The notes under the pieces are model-generated. The model had not been told where the DNA came from, did no database searches, and worked only from the letters and a program-made list of their open reading frames with translations. The translations under genes were made by a program, and so were the position numbers. A stretch of 44,148 bases of DNA from a virus (taxonomy: Duplodnaviria; Caudoviricetes), in IMG/VR virus record IMGVR_UViG_3300034658_000035, positions 1 through 44,148 of that record; one strand, written 5' to 3'. The first letter of the stretch is position 1. Every line of letters starts with the position of its first letter. Positions 8,468-16,722 of this stretch are shown in pieces.

Positions 8468-9010
8468 TTATTTGTTGAGCGCCCGGTCCAGTGTGCGCGC
8501 GGCCCCTGCGGCGTCCTTCAGGCGGCTCACTTCATTGTTTGCTTCGACCCACTGCCATGCCGTGAAAACAGCCGTCAGAATGGCGGTCAGGAGCAACACC
8601 CGGTTGCGCCAGCGAACCACCGCCTCATTGCGCGCATTCCGGCGGCGTTCCTCCAATGCGTGCATGTGGTCCTGAATAATCTGGACCATCTGGCCGTCGA
8701 CGAAATCCTTGAAGGCCGCCTTTACCGAATCCTGCACGACCGTCTTCATCTCGACGCCGAGCTTGTCCATTTCAGACATGAGGGCCTGCCTTTCTGATCC
8801 GAGCTTTTCCGTTACCCTGTCCATGACGTGGGCCTCATGCTTGTCTCGGCCCTTCTCGACATGCGCGTAGATTTCGCCACGCAAATTGGAGAGGTCGGAC
8901 TTCTCGATTGATCCAAGCTCAAGCTTGTTCAGCCTGAGTTCCATGCCGCTGGATTTTTCTGCCTGTGCGTCGACTTTGCCCTCAAGCCGGTTGCGGGTGA
9001 TTTCATCCAC
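8468..9010 (-). CDS. Coiled-coil protein with C-proximal TM (holin/antiholin candidate)
   Basis: Helical N-terminus; VLLLTAILTAVFTAW; lies upstream of the endolysin. Confidence 0.5.
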   Translation of the reverse strand: MDEITRNRLEGKVDAQAEKSSGMELRLNKLELGSIEKSDLSNLRGEIYAHVEKGRDKHEAHVMDRVTEKLGSERQALMSEMDKLGVEMKTVVQDSVKAAFKDFVDGQMVQIIQDHMHALEERRRNARNEAVVRWRNRVLLLTAILTAVFTAWQWVEANNEVSRLKDAAGAARTLDRALNK

Positions 9011-9029
9011 GATTAGCCCCTCCCCAGGT

Positions 9030-9632
9030 TCAGGATAGAGTTTCCGCCATGCGCGCCCGGTTCCAGTTCACCCCGGTCTGGTAGCGCTCGGCCTTGCGCT
9101 CCCAATAGACAGAACTACCGCCATTGAATGTGCCGCCATGTTCAAGCGCGATGTAATGGCATTGCTTGGCTTCGTTCAGCTTGCGCAGAAGCACCTCATT
9201 GACCTTCTCCGGCGTGTCGCTCTGGTACAGGCCCGCTTCGAGCAGGGTTTCGGTGACGCCTTCAGGGGCGGGCTTTGGCTCAGGTTCGGGCTCTGGCTCG
9301 GCTGGGCGCTCCTGCATCTCGGCGTGGGTCTTTTCCAGCTTTTCGAGGCCGCGCATCAGGGCATCTTCCGCGTCCCGTGCTGCCTCCCGTTTGCGAAGCT
9401 CTGTGAGTTCGGCTTCTGTCTCCGGATTGTCCCGGTAGACAACGCGCTCGGTTTCAGCGCCCTCCCCGCCCCGGACTTTCGTCTTCAGGTATTGCGCCTT
9501 CAGGTCACGTGCCAGGGAAATGCCGTTCTCACGGCTGCCGCCCAGCTTGCCGAGGGTGATTTGCCACAACGGGCCAACGGGTTTGGCCCGGTACGGGAGC
9601 CCCGTCAGGATGGATTCAATCTGCTCTTTCAT
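9030..9632 (-). CDS. Hypothetical phage protein
   Basis: AGGAG RBS; PEPEPEP linker. Confidence 0.7.
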   Translation of the reverse strand: MKEQIESILTGLPYRAKPVGPLWQITLGKLGGSRENGISLARDLKAQYLKTKVRGGEGAETERVVYRDNPETEAELTELRKREAARDAEDALMRGLEKLEKTHAEMQERPAEPEPEPEPKPAPEGVTETLLEAGLYQSDTPEKVNEVLLRKLNEAKQCHYIALEHGGTFNGGSSVYWERKAERYQTGVNWNRARMAETLS

Positions 9633-9640
9633 GTGTGCTC

Positions 9641-12600
9641 CTATTGTCCGGAAAGGGCGTTTCGGCCTTTGGGGGGCTGAGGCGGGGAAAGGCTTTCTGC
9701 GGACCGGCGGCCCACAACAGGCGTCTTCGGCCCGCCCAGCTGCAAGGTTTCAGGCAGCAGGCCCGCCGTCTCCAGCAAGCGCAATTGTGCCGGGCTTGCC
9801 TGCGCCGGATTGGCAATCGCGGAATAGAACCCGACCATCACCTCATCAGGCGTCTTGTCAGGTGCGTAGACGAGGATTTGCTTGCCCTGGTACTCAAGCG
9901 GGACATAGCCGGTCTGCTGGTGGATTTGCGCAGGCTTGGCATTGCCGTCGAGGTACATCTTCTGCGCTTGCTCGAACGCCTGCTTGCGGACCAGTTGCGG
10001 ATCACCGACCGCGCGCGCCGCACCCATGCCGGAGGATTGGTCGAGCCCTTCCTGAATGGTGTTGCCGATGCGGGAAGGCCCTGCCTTGTTGGGGGTGCCC
10101 TTGGGAACGTCCTTGCGGATTTTGGGAAGCTTGCCCCCAATGCCTGCGCTCAGAACAGGGCTTGCGGCATTGTCCGGGTCAAAGGCTGCGTTGACTGAGC
10201 GGATGTTGGAGGGGTCGAAGATGACGACCTCCGCAGGAATAGCATCACCCTCATTTTCAAAGCGGTAAATTGCGTCGAACCCCTCAGATTTCAACTTGTC
10301 CACATACTCTTGAGTAAATGTGTGATGGGTTGTCTCGAATGGATTTTCTGCTTTGATATAGGTGGGAAGAACAGATCCTTTCGTCTCATCTGCCATCGCG
10401 GCCTTGTTGAAAGTCGCGTAACCGGAAGCCCGGTCGGGGTTTGGCGTGAGGTATACGCCCCTACCAAACCACCCGTGATCCGTCTTAGAGCCGGTTCTGC
10501 TTGGGTCAAAAGCCGAAAAGTCCGCCTCCGTCCCATGATACAGCACCGTATCCGTATCGAACCCCATCTCCTGTGCGCGCTGCATTCTGCCCGATTGGGA
10601 CATGTCCAGCCCCTTCGCCCGGGCAGCTTCCCATGCAGGCGAGCCCGGAAGCTCCATCTTGGCGGCTTCCTTGGCGGTCTTGGGAGCGCCTGCGGAGACC
10701 CCCGCACGTGACGGCAGCACCCGGTCAAGCCGCCCACCCGCTGCACCCACACCTGCCCCGATGGCGATGTTACGGGCGCGGTCCTCCATATTGTCTGCCG
10801 GAGCCATGCCGCCCACGGCGCCGCCGACAGCAGCAGTTCCTGCATCCGAGCGCAGGGCTGCCACACCGGAGGACTTCACCGGAGCAAGGGCATTGACGCC
10901 TTGCTGTGCGGGGGCTTGCTGGACCTGTCCGGCAGTGGCGAGCGCATTGGCGGGCGCTCCACCCCCTCCGGCGGTTGGCATCTGCACGCCAAGCCGCTTC
11001 AGGCCCTCTTCCGGGTTGGACAGGAGCAGGTCGCCCATCGCGTCGATTTCACGCTGGTTGAAGCCGCGCCGGCGCATGAACCGGATGGCATTGGTGATAA
11101 GGCTCACCTTGTCGCCACGGGCAGCCGCTGCGCCCATCATGATTGCGTCATCCATCACGGCAGACGGGCCGCTTTCGGCCACCGTGCCCGTGACGGAGTT
11201 CATGCGAGGCGCCCAGCGGGAACCGGTATCACGCAGCTTGGCCTCGGCCTCCATCTTCTGGAGGAATTGACCCCCTGCATCATCGCCGAGCGCGGCCGTC
11301 AGCTTCTCCTGGTTGGCCGGGACACGGGCAAGCCTGTTTGGCGTGGTGTTGTTGTCGATTTTTGCAGAAAGCGCGTCCACGGCCCCTAATTTCAAGGCCC
11401 TCGCTTCCTGAGGGGAAGACGCCGCCGTTTGCGCCACATCTGCCCCGCGAATATTCGAGTTCAGGATGCGACCACCCTGAGACTGGGCCGTCCGCAGCCT
11501 CGGCCCCATTCCGGCATCTCTAGCTGCCTTGTATTGACTGCCGGTAAGCGCGTCCAGCTCATCAACCAGCGCCTCCCGTATTTGCGAATACCGATTCAGG
11601 TCTGTGTGATTTTCATTCTTCTGCGCCGCCCGAATCTTGTCATCCAGCTTACGCTTGACGAGGTCATAGACATCCATACGCGAGACGCTCTTGGGATCGC
11701 GCCCCTGTGCAATCGCAAGGTCACGCGCCTCCTGTACTGCTGCGCCGGACAGGGGCTTCAAACCACTGTCAGGGGGCGGGGCAAGCAAGGATTGCGCCCA
11801 CGCCTCAAGTTGTGGACTCATATCATCGGGCAGGTCCGTAGAGGCGCCCGGCGACAGGTCTTTCGGTTTTTTCGCGGACACAAGGGGCTTGATGGCAGAA
11901 GTCTTGCTCAGGTCATCCAGACGGTCGCTGTTTATGTCTGCAAAGTCCCGGCTCAATTGATTATAAAGAGGCCGCGCAACCTTCTGCTGATCTTCCACAA
12001 GTTGGCTGAACTGTTCAGATGCCTGCCCACGCCTTACGCCGGTGGCGTGCTCAAGATCATCCTGAGCTCGGTCCACAAAGCCGCCATAGCGCTCTTCGAT
12101 GATGGCCTGTGCCTTCTGCGGGGTCGAGCCGGGGCGGCGGGTCAGCGAGGTCAGGGCGTTCACAGCATCCTGCCCGATCACTTCCGCGAGCACAGCGGGC
12201 TTGCCTTCATATTCCCGCACGGCATCGAGTATCTGCTGCGGCGTCATCTGCGAGCGCTCCATGGACCGCTTCACAGCCGCAAGGGCGGTCTGCTCGGCAG
12301 CGGAAGCTCTTGCCCCGCCTTCCTTGCCGAACAGGCCGAGAAGGCCGTCATAGATGCTCGCGCCGGTATTCTTGATGGATCGGGCTGGAACACGCGCGCC
12401 AGCAACACCGATGGGAAGCGCGCCGCCGAGCGCTGCACCAAAGGCCGCTCCCGTCTTCGCAGCGTCCGTCCGGTCTTCCAGATCACCCTCAGCAGCATTG
12501 AAGCCGTAGGCGCCACCCTGCGCGCCGCCGAGCGCTGCCATGCGCGGAACCTGCTTGACCAGAGGCGCGCCGCCCTTCATGGCCCCGCCCGGATAGGCCA

Positions 12601-13405
12601 CACCGCCTGCGATCTCCGACGCCATTGACGTGACAGGGTATTCCTCACGCGCCTGGTTGATCTGCCCGCGCTTGGCATCACGGGCCTCGGTATAGGCTTT
12701 CGGCATGTTCGCGCCTGCCGCTTCAGCGCCGATGGCTCCAACGCCCATGCCGATATTGGCGAATGTGCCCATAGGGGTCGCATTGATCGCCTTGTCCGCC
12801 CATTTCGGCAGGCCCATTGTGCGCCGCGCGCCTTCGCTTTCGTCAGAGGTGCCCCATTCCAGACCTTCGCGCGCCATCAGGGGGATGACGTCCTTGCGGG
12901 TCATGGATGGGCGAGCTTGCCCCCCGGCAGGAACTGGCGCCCATGATCCGCCGTCATAGATCAGGATTTCGCCTTGGGCATTTTTGGCGGACTGCACCTT
13001 GGACCATCCAGACCCGTCATTGCGCATGACTTGGCCTGTATCGCGATTTACGGCATACTTGGCATCAGCCCCAGCCCCGCCCTGATTGGATCGCGACTGC
13101 GCAGCGGCAACGGCCTCATCCACAGATGAAAACCGGGGGAAAGCAGAGCCGCCGCCGCCCTCATAGGAGCGCATGGCATTCAGGATGCCCTCTTCGTCAT
13201 CCTCCGAAAACTGGACATTGTTTCCATCCGCCCCTTTCCATAGAGAGGGAACGTTCACCCATTGGCCATCGGGCGTTTGCCACGTTGTGGTGACTTCCGT
13301 CGAATACGATCCGTCGCCATTGTCCCGCCGCTCATTCGGATTGAATGGACGGAGGCCGACTTGACGATTTCCTTGGTGTTCTTCACGATACTGGGGTTCA
13401 GCCAT
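9641..13405 (-). CDS. Large DNA-ejection / internal virion protein with ADP-ribosyltransferase (ART-PolyVal-like) domain
   Basis: Ala/Gly-rich helical body at the position of P22 gp16; YHGT...FGRGVYLT...ENPF...GFDAI...EVVIFDPSNIRSVNAAFDP. Confidence 0.8.
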   Translation of the reverse strand: MAEPQYREEHQGNRQVGLRPFNPNERRDNGDGSYSTEVTTTWQTPDGQWVNVPSLWKGADGNNVQFSEDDEEGILNAMRSYEGGGGSAFPRFSSVDEAVAAAQSRSNQGGAGADAKYAVNRDTGQVMRNDGSGWSKVQSAKNAQGEILIYDGGSWAPVPAGGQARPSMTRKDVIPLMAREGLEWGTSDESEGARRTMGLPKWADKAINATPMGTFANIGMGVGAIGAEAAGANMPKAYTEARDAKRGQINQAREEYPVTSMASEIAGGVAYPGGAMKGGAPLVKQVPRMAALGGAQGGAYGFNAAEGDLEDRTDAAKTGAAFGAALGGALPIGVAGARVPARSIKNTGASIYDGLLGLFGKEGGARASAAEQTALAAVKRSMERSQMTPQQILDAVREYEGKPAVLAEVIGQDAVNALTSLTRRPGSTPQKAQAIIEERYGGFVDRAQDDLEHATGVRRGQASEQFSQLVEDQQKVARPLYNQLSRDFADINSDRLDDLSKTSAIKPLVSAKKPKDLSPGASTDLPDDMSPQLEAWAQSLLAPPPDSGLKPLSGAAVQEARDLAIAQGRDPKSVSRMDVYDLVKRKLDDKIRAAQKNENHTDLNRYSQIREALVDELDALTGSQYKAARDAGMGPRLRTAQSQGGRILNSNIRGADVAQTAASSPQEARALKLGAVDALSAKIDNNTTPNRLARVPANQEKLTAALGDDAGGQFLQKMEAEAKLRDTGSRWAPRMNSVTGTVAESGPSAVMDDAIMMGAAAARGDKVSLITNAIRFMRRRGFNQREIDAMGDLLLSNPEEGLKRLGVQMPTAGGGGAPANALATAGQVQQAPAQQGVNALAPVKSSGVAALRSDAGTAAVGGAVGGMAPADNMEDRARNIAIGAGVGAAGGRLDRVLPSRAGVSAGAPKTAKEAAKMELPGSPAWEAARAKGLDMSQSGRMQRAQEMGFDTDTVLYHGTEADFSAFDPSRTGSKTDHGWFGRGVYLTPNPDRASGYATFNKAAMADETKGSVLPTYIKAENPFETTHHTFTQEYVDKLKSEGFDAIYRFENEGDAIPAEVVIFDPSNIRSVNAAFDPDNAASPVLSAGIGGKLPKIRKDVPKGTPNKAGPSRIGNTIQEGLDQSSGMGAARAVGDPQLVRKQAFEQAQKMYLDGNAKPAQIHQQTGYVPLEYQGKQILVYAPDKTPDEVMVGFYSAIANPAQASPAQLRLLETAGLLPETLQLGGPKTPVVGRRSAESLSPPQPPKGRNALSGQ

Positions 13406-13416
13406 AAAGGGTATCC

Positions 13417-13668
13417 ATGGGGAAAGTTGATAACATCAGGGGCCGCCGGAAGACGGACCGTCTGGAAGACCCGCACGCATGGGCCGAGCGGGTCGAGAAC
13501 GAGATTTCAGCACGGTCCATTGTCGGCATCGTCGCGCTTCTGATCGCCCTGTTTGCGGGCCTCAATGGGTGGATGCTCTGGCAACAGCGCGATCTCATGA
13601 TGGGCCGCATCGAACAGCTGGAGCGCGTCTCCGATCTCCCGCCGCCCGGCTTCACGGTCGTTGAGTGA
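13417..13668 (+). CDS. Small single-TM protein, antisense moron (superinfection-exclusion candidate)
   Basis: IVGIVALLIALFAGLNGWMLW; fills the gap between two ejection genes exactly. Confidence 0.65.
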   Translation: MGKVDNIRGRRKTDRLEDPHAWAERVENEISARSIVGIVALLIALFAGLNGWMLWQQRDLMMGRIEQLERVSDLPPPGFTVVE

Positions 13669-15006
13669 TTATTCGACAATCTCGAAGCCTTCAGGGGGAG
13701 CCTCGATAGGCGAGTTCTGCCCACCCGATACCTGATCGAGATCACTCAACAGTTCATCAACAGAGGCAAGCGTGCCATTCCAGCCAGCCGACGTGCGGTG
13801 CTCAGCCATGTATTCATTGAGCGACTGTATCTGCTGTGCCCGGCCTTCGAGCAATTGGGCCAGCCTGCGAACACGCTTGGCATTCATTGAGGCAGGAAGC
13901 TTGCGGTTATAGGCCCGCTGGATCAGGCGCTCGCCTTCTTTCTCGGTGAACTGCGCGCCTAGAACGATGCGAAGGTTGCGTTGGACGACTTCCTCGACCT
14001 GCTCTTGCGCATCGACTGCCTCGGGATTGAAGCCCTCAAGCGCCCATTTCGGTGTGATGCCGATGAGGTAGCCTGTAAGGTTCTCACCTTCTGGGCTGTC
14101 CAGAACATCGGCAATATTGGTGATCTGCTGCTGGTTCTTCTGCCAGTCAGACTGACCGCCCGTGTTCCAGTCGACCAAAACGTCTGCATAGTGCTCGTCC
14201 ATCTTCTGCTCAATGGGCGAAAGCGTCCTGTTGCTTGGCATGTTGTTGTTGATCTGGGTGGTTGGACGCCCAGCCTGCTTGAGCTGTCTTTGGCCTTCAA
14301 GATAGCCGGGAATCCATTCAACGCCATTCTCGCCCATGCGCATCCCGGTTGGCAGGCTGGCGGCCTTCTCTGCTGCCGGATTATTGGCAACCATCTCATT
14401 GCCTTCATAGCGCTGGGCACCCGGTGCAAGCGTGTAAGCCTCAGGGGCCTCCGGCATCTGCCCCAGCTCGGCCTTCGCCTTCTGCACAATAAACTGCCGG
14501 AACTCTTCCGGGTCGCGGCCTGATTGGCGTAGCATGGCCCCAGCTTGCGTATACTCATCTGCCGGGATGCCGGTGATGCGCTCGAACTCGGTTGGCTCCG
14601 ACATGGCAAATTCGGTGATCTGATCAAGCGGCGCTTGGCTGAACAGGGAAAGCTTGCCCTCGGCCTGCTGCTGACGCATGGCCGTCTCTTGCTCGGAGCC
14701 TGCGGCCTGCTGGCCTTGCGCGTACTGGCGCAGCTGCATCCCCTGGTCGAGATTGCCGGACTGGAACGCGGTCTGTGCGGCGTCCTCGTAATTGCCCATT
14801 GCAAGCGCATTGCCCATTGTTTCGGTCGCCTTGCGTTGGCGGCCTTGCTCATAGGCTTCGGGGGCACCGTATTTGAACACAGCGCCGAGGGCGTTCATGA
14901 TGCCGCCGCGGTTCTTTGGCGGTTCAGGGGTCATGGACCTGCCGGATGGGGTATTCCCATTCAGCCAGTCATGTTCGCCGGGCAAGAGTGCATTCATTCC
15001 CTGCAT
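13669..15006 (-). CDS. DNA-ejection protein (P22 gp20 position)
   Basis: Gln/Ala-rich with YTLAPGAQRY motif; TGATG coupling gives a start at 15006. Confidence 0.7.
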   Translation of the reverse strand: MQGMNALLPGEHDWLNGNTPSGRSMTPEPPKNRGGIMNALGAVFKYGAPEAYEQGRQRKATETMGNALAMGNYEDAAQTAFQSGNLDQGMQLRQYAQGQQAAGSEQETAMRQQQAEGKLSLFSQAPLDQITEFAMSEPTEFERITGIPADEYTQAGAMLRQSGRDPEEFRQFIVQKAKAELGQMPEAPEAYTLAPGAQRYEGNEMVANNPAAEKAASLPTGMRMGENGVEWIPGYLEGQRQLKQAGRPTTQINNNMPSNRTLSPIEQKMDEHYADVLVDWNTGGQSDWQKNQQQITNIADVLDSPEGENLTGYLIGITPKWALEGFNPEAVDAQEQVEEVVQRNLRIVLGAQFTEKEGERLIQRAYNRKLPASMNAKRVRRLAQLLEGRAQQIQSLNEYMAEHRTSAGWNGTLASVDELLSDLDQVSGGQNSPIEAPPEGFEIVE

Positions 15007-15920
15007 CAGAATCCTCCAAACCATGAAGCGAGCGCGTTGACGCCGCTATTGGCCAAGCCTGCATTATTGTTGCCCTGCGTCTGGTACGAGCTGGCCCGCG
15101 CATCGCCGATATTGAGTTGGTTGTTCGCCATGTTCGTGCCTGTCGTCAGGGCGTTGGAACCTGCCTGCGATGACAATTGCGCGCCAGTGCCACTGATGCC
15201 GGACAGGGCGCCGTAATAGTCCCCGAACGCGGTATAGCGATTGCCTGCAAGCCGATCCTGCATGGCCCCTTGCGCCGAGCCGGAGACCGAAGACCCTGCC
15301 GCGCCATATGCATCCCGGATCGTGCCGAGGTCCTGCTGCGTCACATCCGTCATGGCGCGGTTGAACCCGCTATCGAGGAAGGTGTTATAAGCCTCGTCCG
15401 TACTGGTTCCCATGCCGACTGGCTGGGCGGTGCCAACCTGCCCTGTGGTCTGGCCTGCCGTACCGCCGACCGTGGGTAGGGTCCGGCCTTCATTCTGGCC
15501 CATCGTCGAGTAATGGAAATTGCCATATTCGCCTGCATCAATGACGCCATTGCCGTCCGCGTCGAACCCCTTGTTCTTGATGTAGGTCATGTCCTCCGGT
15601 CTCAGGCCGTTGAAAGCCGAGTTCAGGCCCTGGTTCCCGGTCACATAGCCTGCATAGTCCGCAGAGCCCGCCGTAGGCTGCCCGGTTGCCGTGGCGATGG
15701 CATCCTGTGGCACCATGTTCGGATTGCCGAGCAGGCTGCCTTGCATGGCGAGCGCATTGTATCCGGCCTCACGGTTCGGGGCCGTCAAATCGTTGCCCAT
15801 CTGGAACATCTGCATCAGGGTCTCGTTCGAGGCCTTGGCCGCCCCGACCTGTGCGTCTGCTACCTTGTCCGCCGTCTCGTTGCCGAAGAACCCGCCGATG
15901 ATGTCGTTCAGGAAACCCAT
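15006..15920 (-). CDS. DNA pilot/ejection protein (P22 gp7-like)
   Basis: Gly/Ala/Asn/Gln-rich; IIGGFFG...AQVGAA...APNREAGYNAL pattern. Confidence 0.75.
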   Translation of the reverse strand: MGFLNDIIGGFFGNETADKVADAQVGAAKASNETLMQMFQMGNDLTAPNREAGYNALAMQGSLLGNPNMVPQDAIATATGQPTAGSADYAGYVTGNQGLNSAFNGLRPEDMTYIKNKGFDADGNGVIDAGEYGNFHYSTMGQNEGRTLPTVGGTAGQTTGQVGTAQPVGMGTSTDEAYNTFLDSGFNRAMTDVTQQDLGTIRDAYGAAGSSVSGSAQGAMQDRLAGNRYTAFGDYYGALSGISGTGAQLSSQAGSNALTTGTNMANNQLNIGDARASSYQTQGNNNAGLANSGVNALASWFGGF

Positions 15921-15929
15921 GAACCGCTC

Positions 15930-16532
15930 CTATGAAGTAACATTTGTGTCGTAGGCACTGAGGGAGAACTGGACCTCAGCCGTGCTGGCATCGCTCGTGT
16001 CGGTGATCGTCAGCTTGTATCGGGAATTGACAATATCGAGCGCCGAAATGGTCGTGCTGAACGTGGTCGCCAGCGTGGCGCCCGTGAACGTGCTCGTAAA
16101 TTCGGTGAACACTTGTGTCCCGCTCACCTTGGAGAACACACCTGTGAACGGGCCTGTGCCATTGAGCGCCGCGAATGTTATGGACCCGGTTGTGACGCCC
16201 CCTGCGCCTGCACGGCTGCCAGAGCGGCTGGTCGGGGAGGCAGAGACCGCAAGCGAGGCACCCGCACCGGCAAGCCCGTTGATGGCCTCGGAATTGAGGT
16301 CAACGACTTCGATGATCTGGCCGCGGTCGCTCAGCAGGACCCCCGCCATCGGCTCGGTCCCCGCCACGATACGATTGACTTGCGCCTGCGCCGACGCAAC
16401 GCCGGACACGATGGATTTGATGGAGTCTGACCCCGCCCCGTCCACAATGTTCGTCAGGGCCCGATACCACTCATTCGACATGGTGCCGTCTTCGTTCAGG
16501 ACGGGTGTGGTCTGGACGGGAAGCTTAGCCAT
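15930..16532 (-). CDS. Tail accessory protein (needle/fibre position)
   Basis: PVLNEDGTMSNEWYRAL N-terminus; Ser/Thr-rich beta C-terminal domain; follows the gp10-like gene. Confidence 0.6.
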   Translation of the reverse strand: MAKLPVQTTPVLNEDGTMSNEWYRALTNIVDGAGSDSIKSIVSGVASAQAQVNRIVAGTEPMAGVLLSDRGQIIEVVDLNSEAINGLAGAGASLAVSASPTSRSGSRAGAGGVTTGSITFAALNGTGPFTGVFSKVSGTQVFTEFTSTFTGATLATTFSTTISALDIVNSRYKLTITDTSDASTAEVQFSLSAYDTNVTS

Positions 16533-16722
16533 TTTCCATCCGGTAGATGGCCCCGGTCAGGGCCTTGGCGACGTTTTCCCCGTTCATCCCGTCTGTCACC
16601 TCGACCGTATCCCCGCGCACACCATCCTTCACGGGCGTGATCGTGTTGCCGGACAGGTCTGCCACATAGGCAGGGTTGGCGTTGAACACGCGCCGGGCCG
16701 CAACCAATTGTTCGTTTCTCAC
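16525..16722 (-). CDS. Hypothetical virion-region protein
   Basis: Overlap-coupled on both sides. Confidence 0.6.
   Translation of the reverse strand: MRNEQLVAARRVFNANPAYVADLSGNTITPVKDGVRGDTVEVTDGMNGENVAKALTGAIYRMENG

Noticed and set aside
9270-9310. Short repeats encoding PAEPEPEPEPKPAP
   Set aside because: Ordinary low-complexity protein linker with degenerate codons.
11429-12628. 399-aa plus-strand ORF, and similar long ORFs at 2822, 13959, 15982, 16872 and 19274
   Set aside because: All overlap well-supported structural genes and lack RBSs or recognisable motifs.
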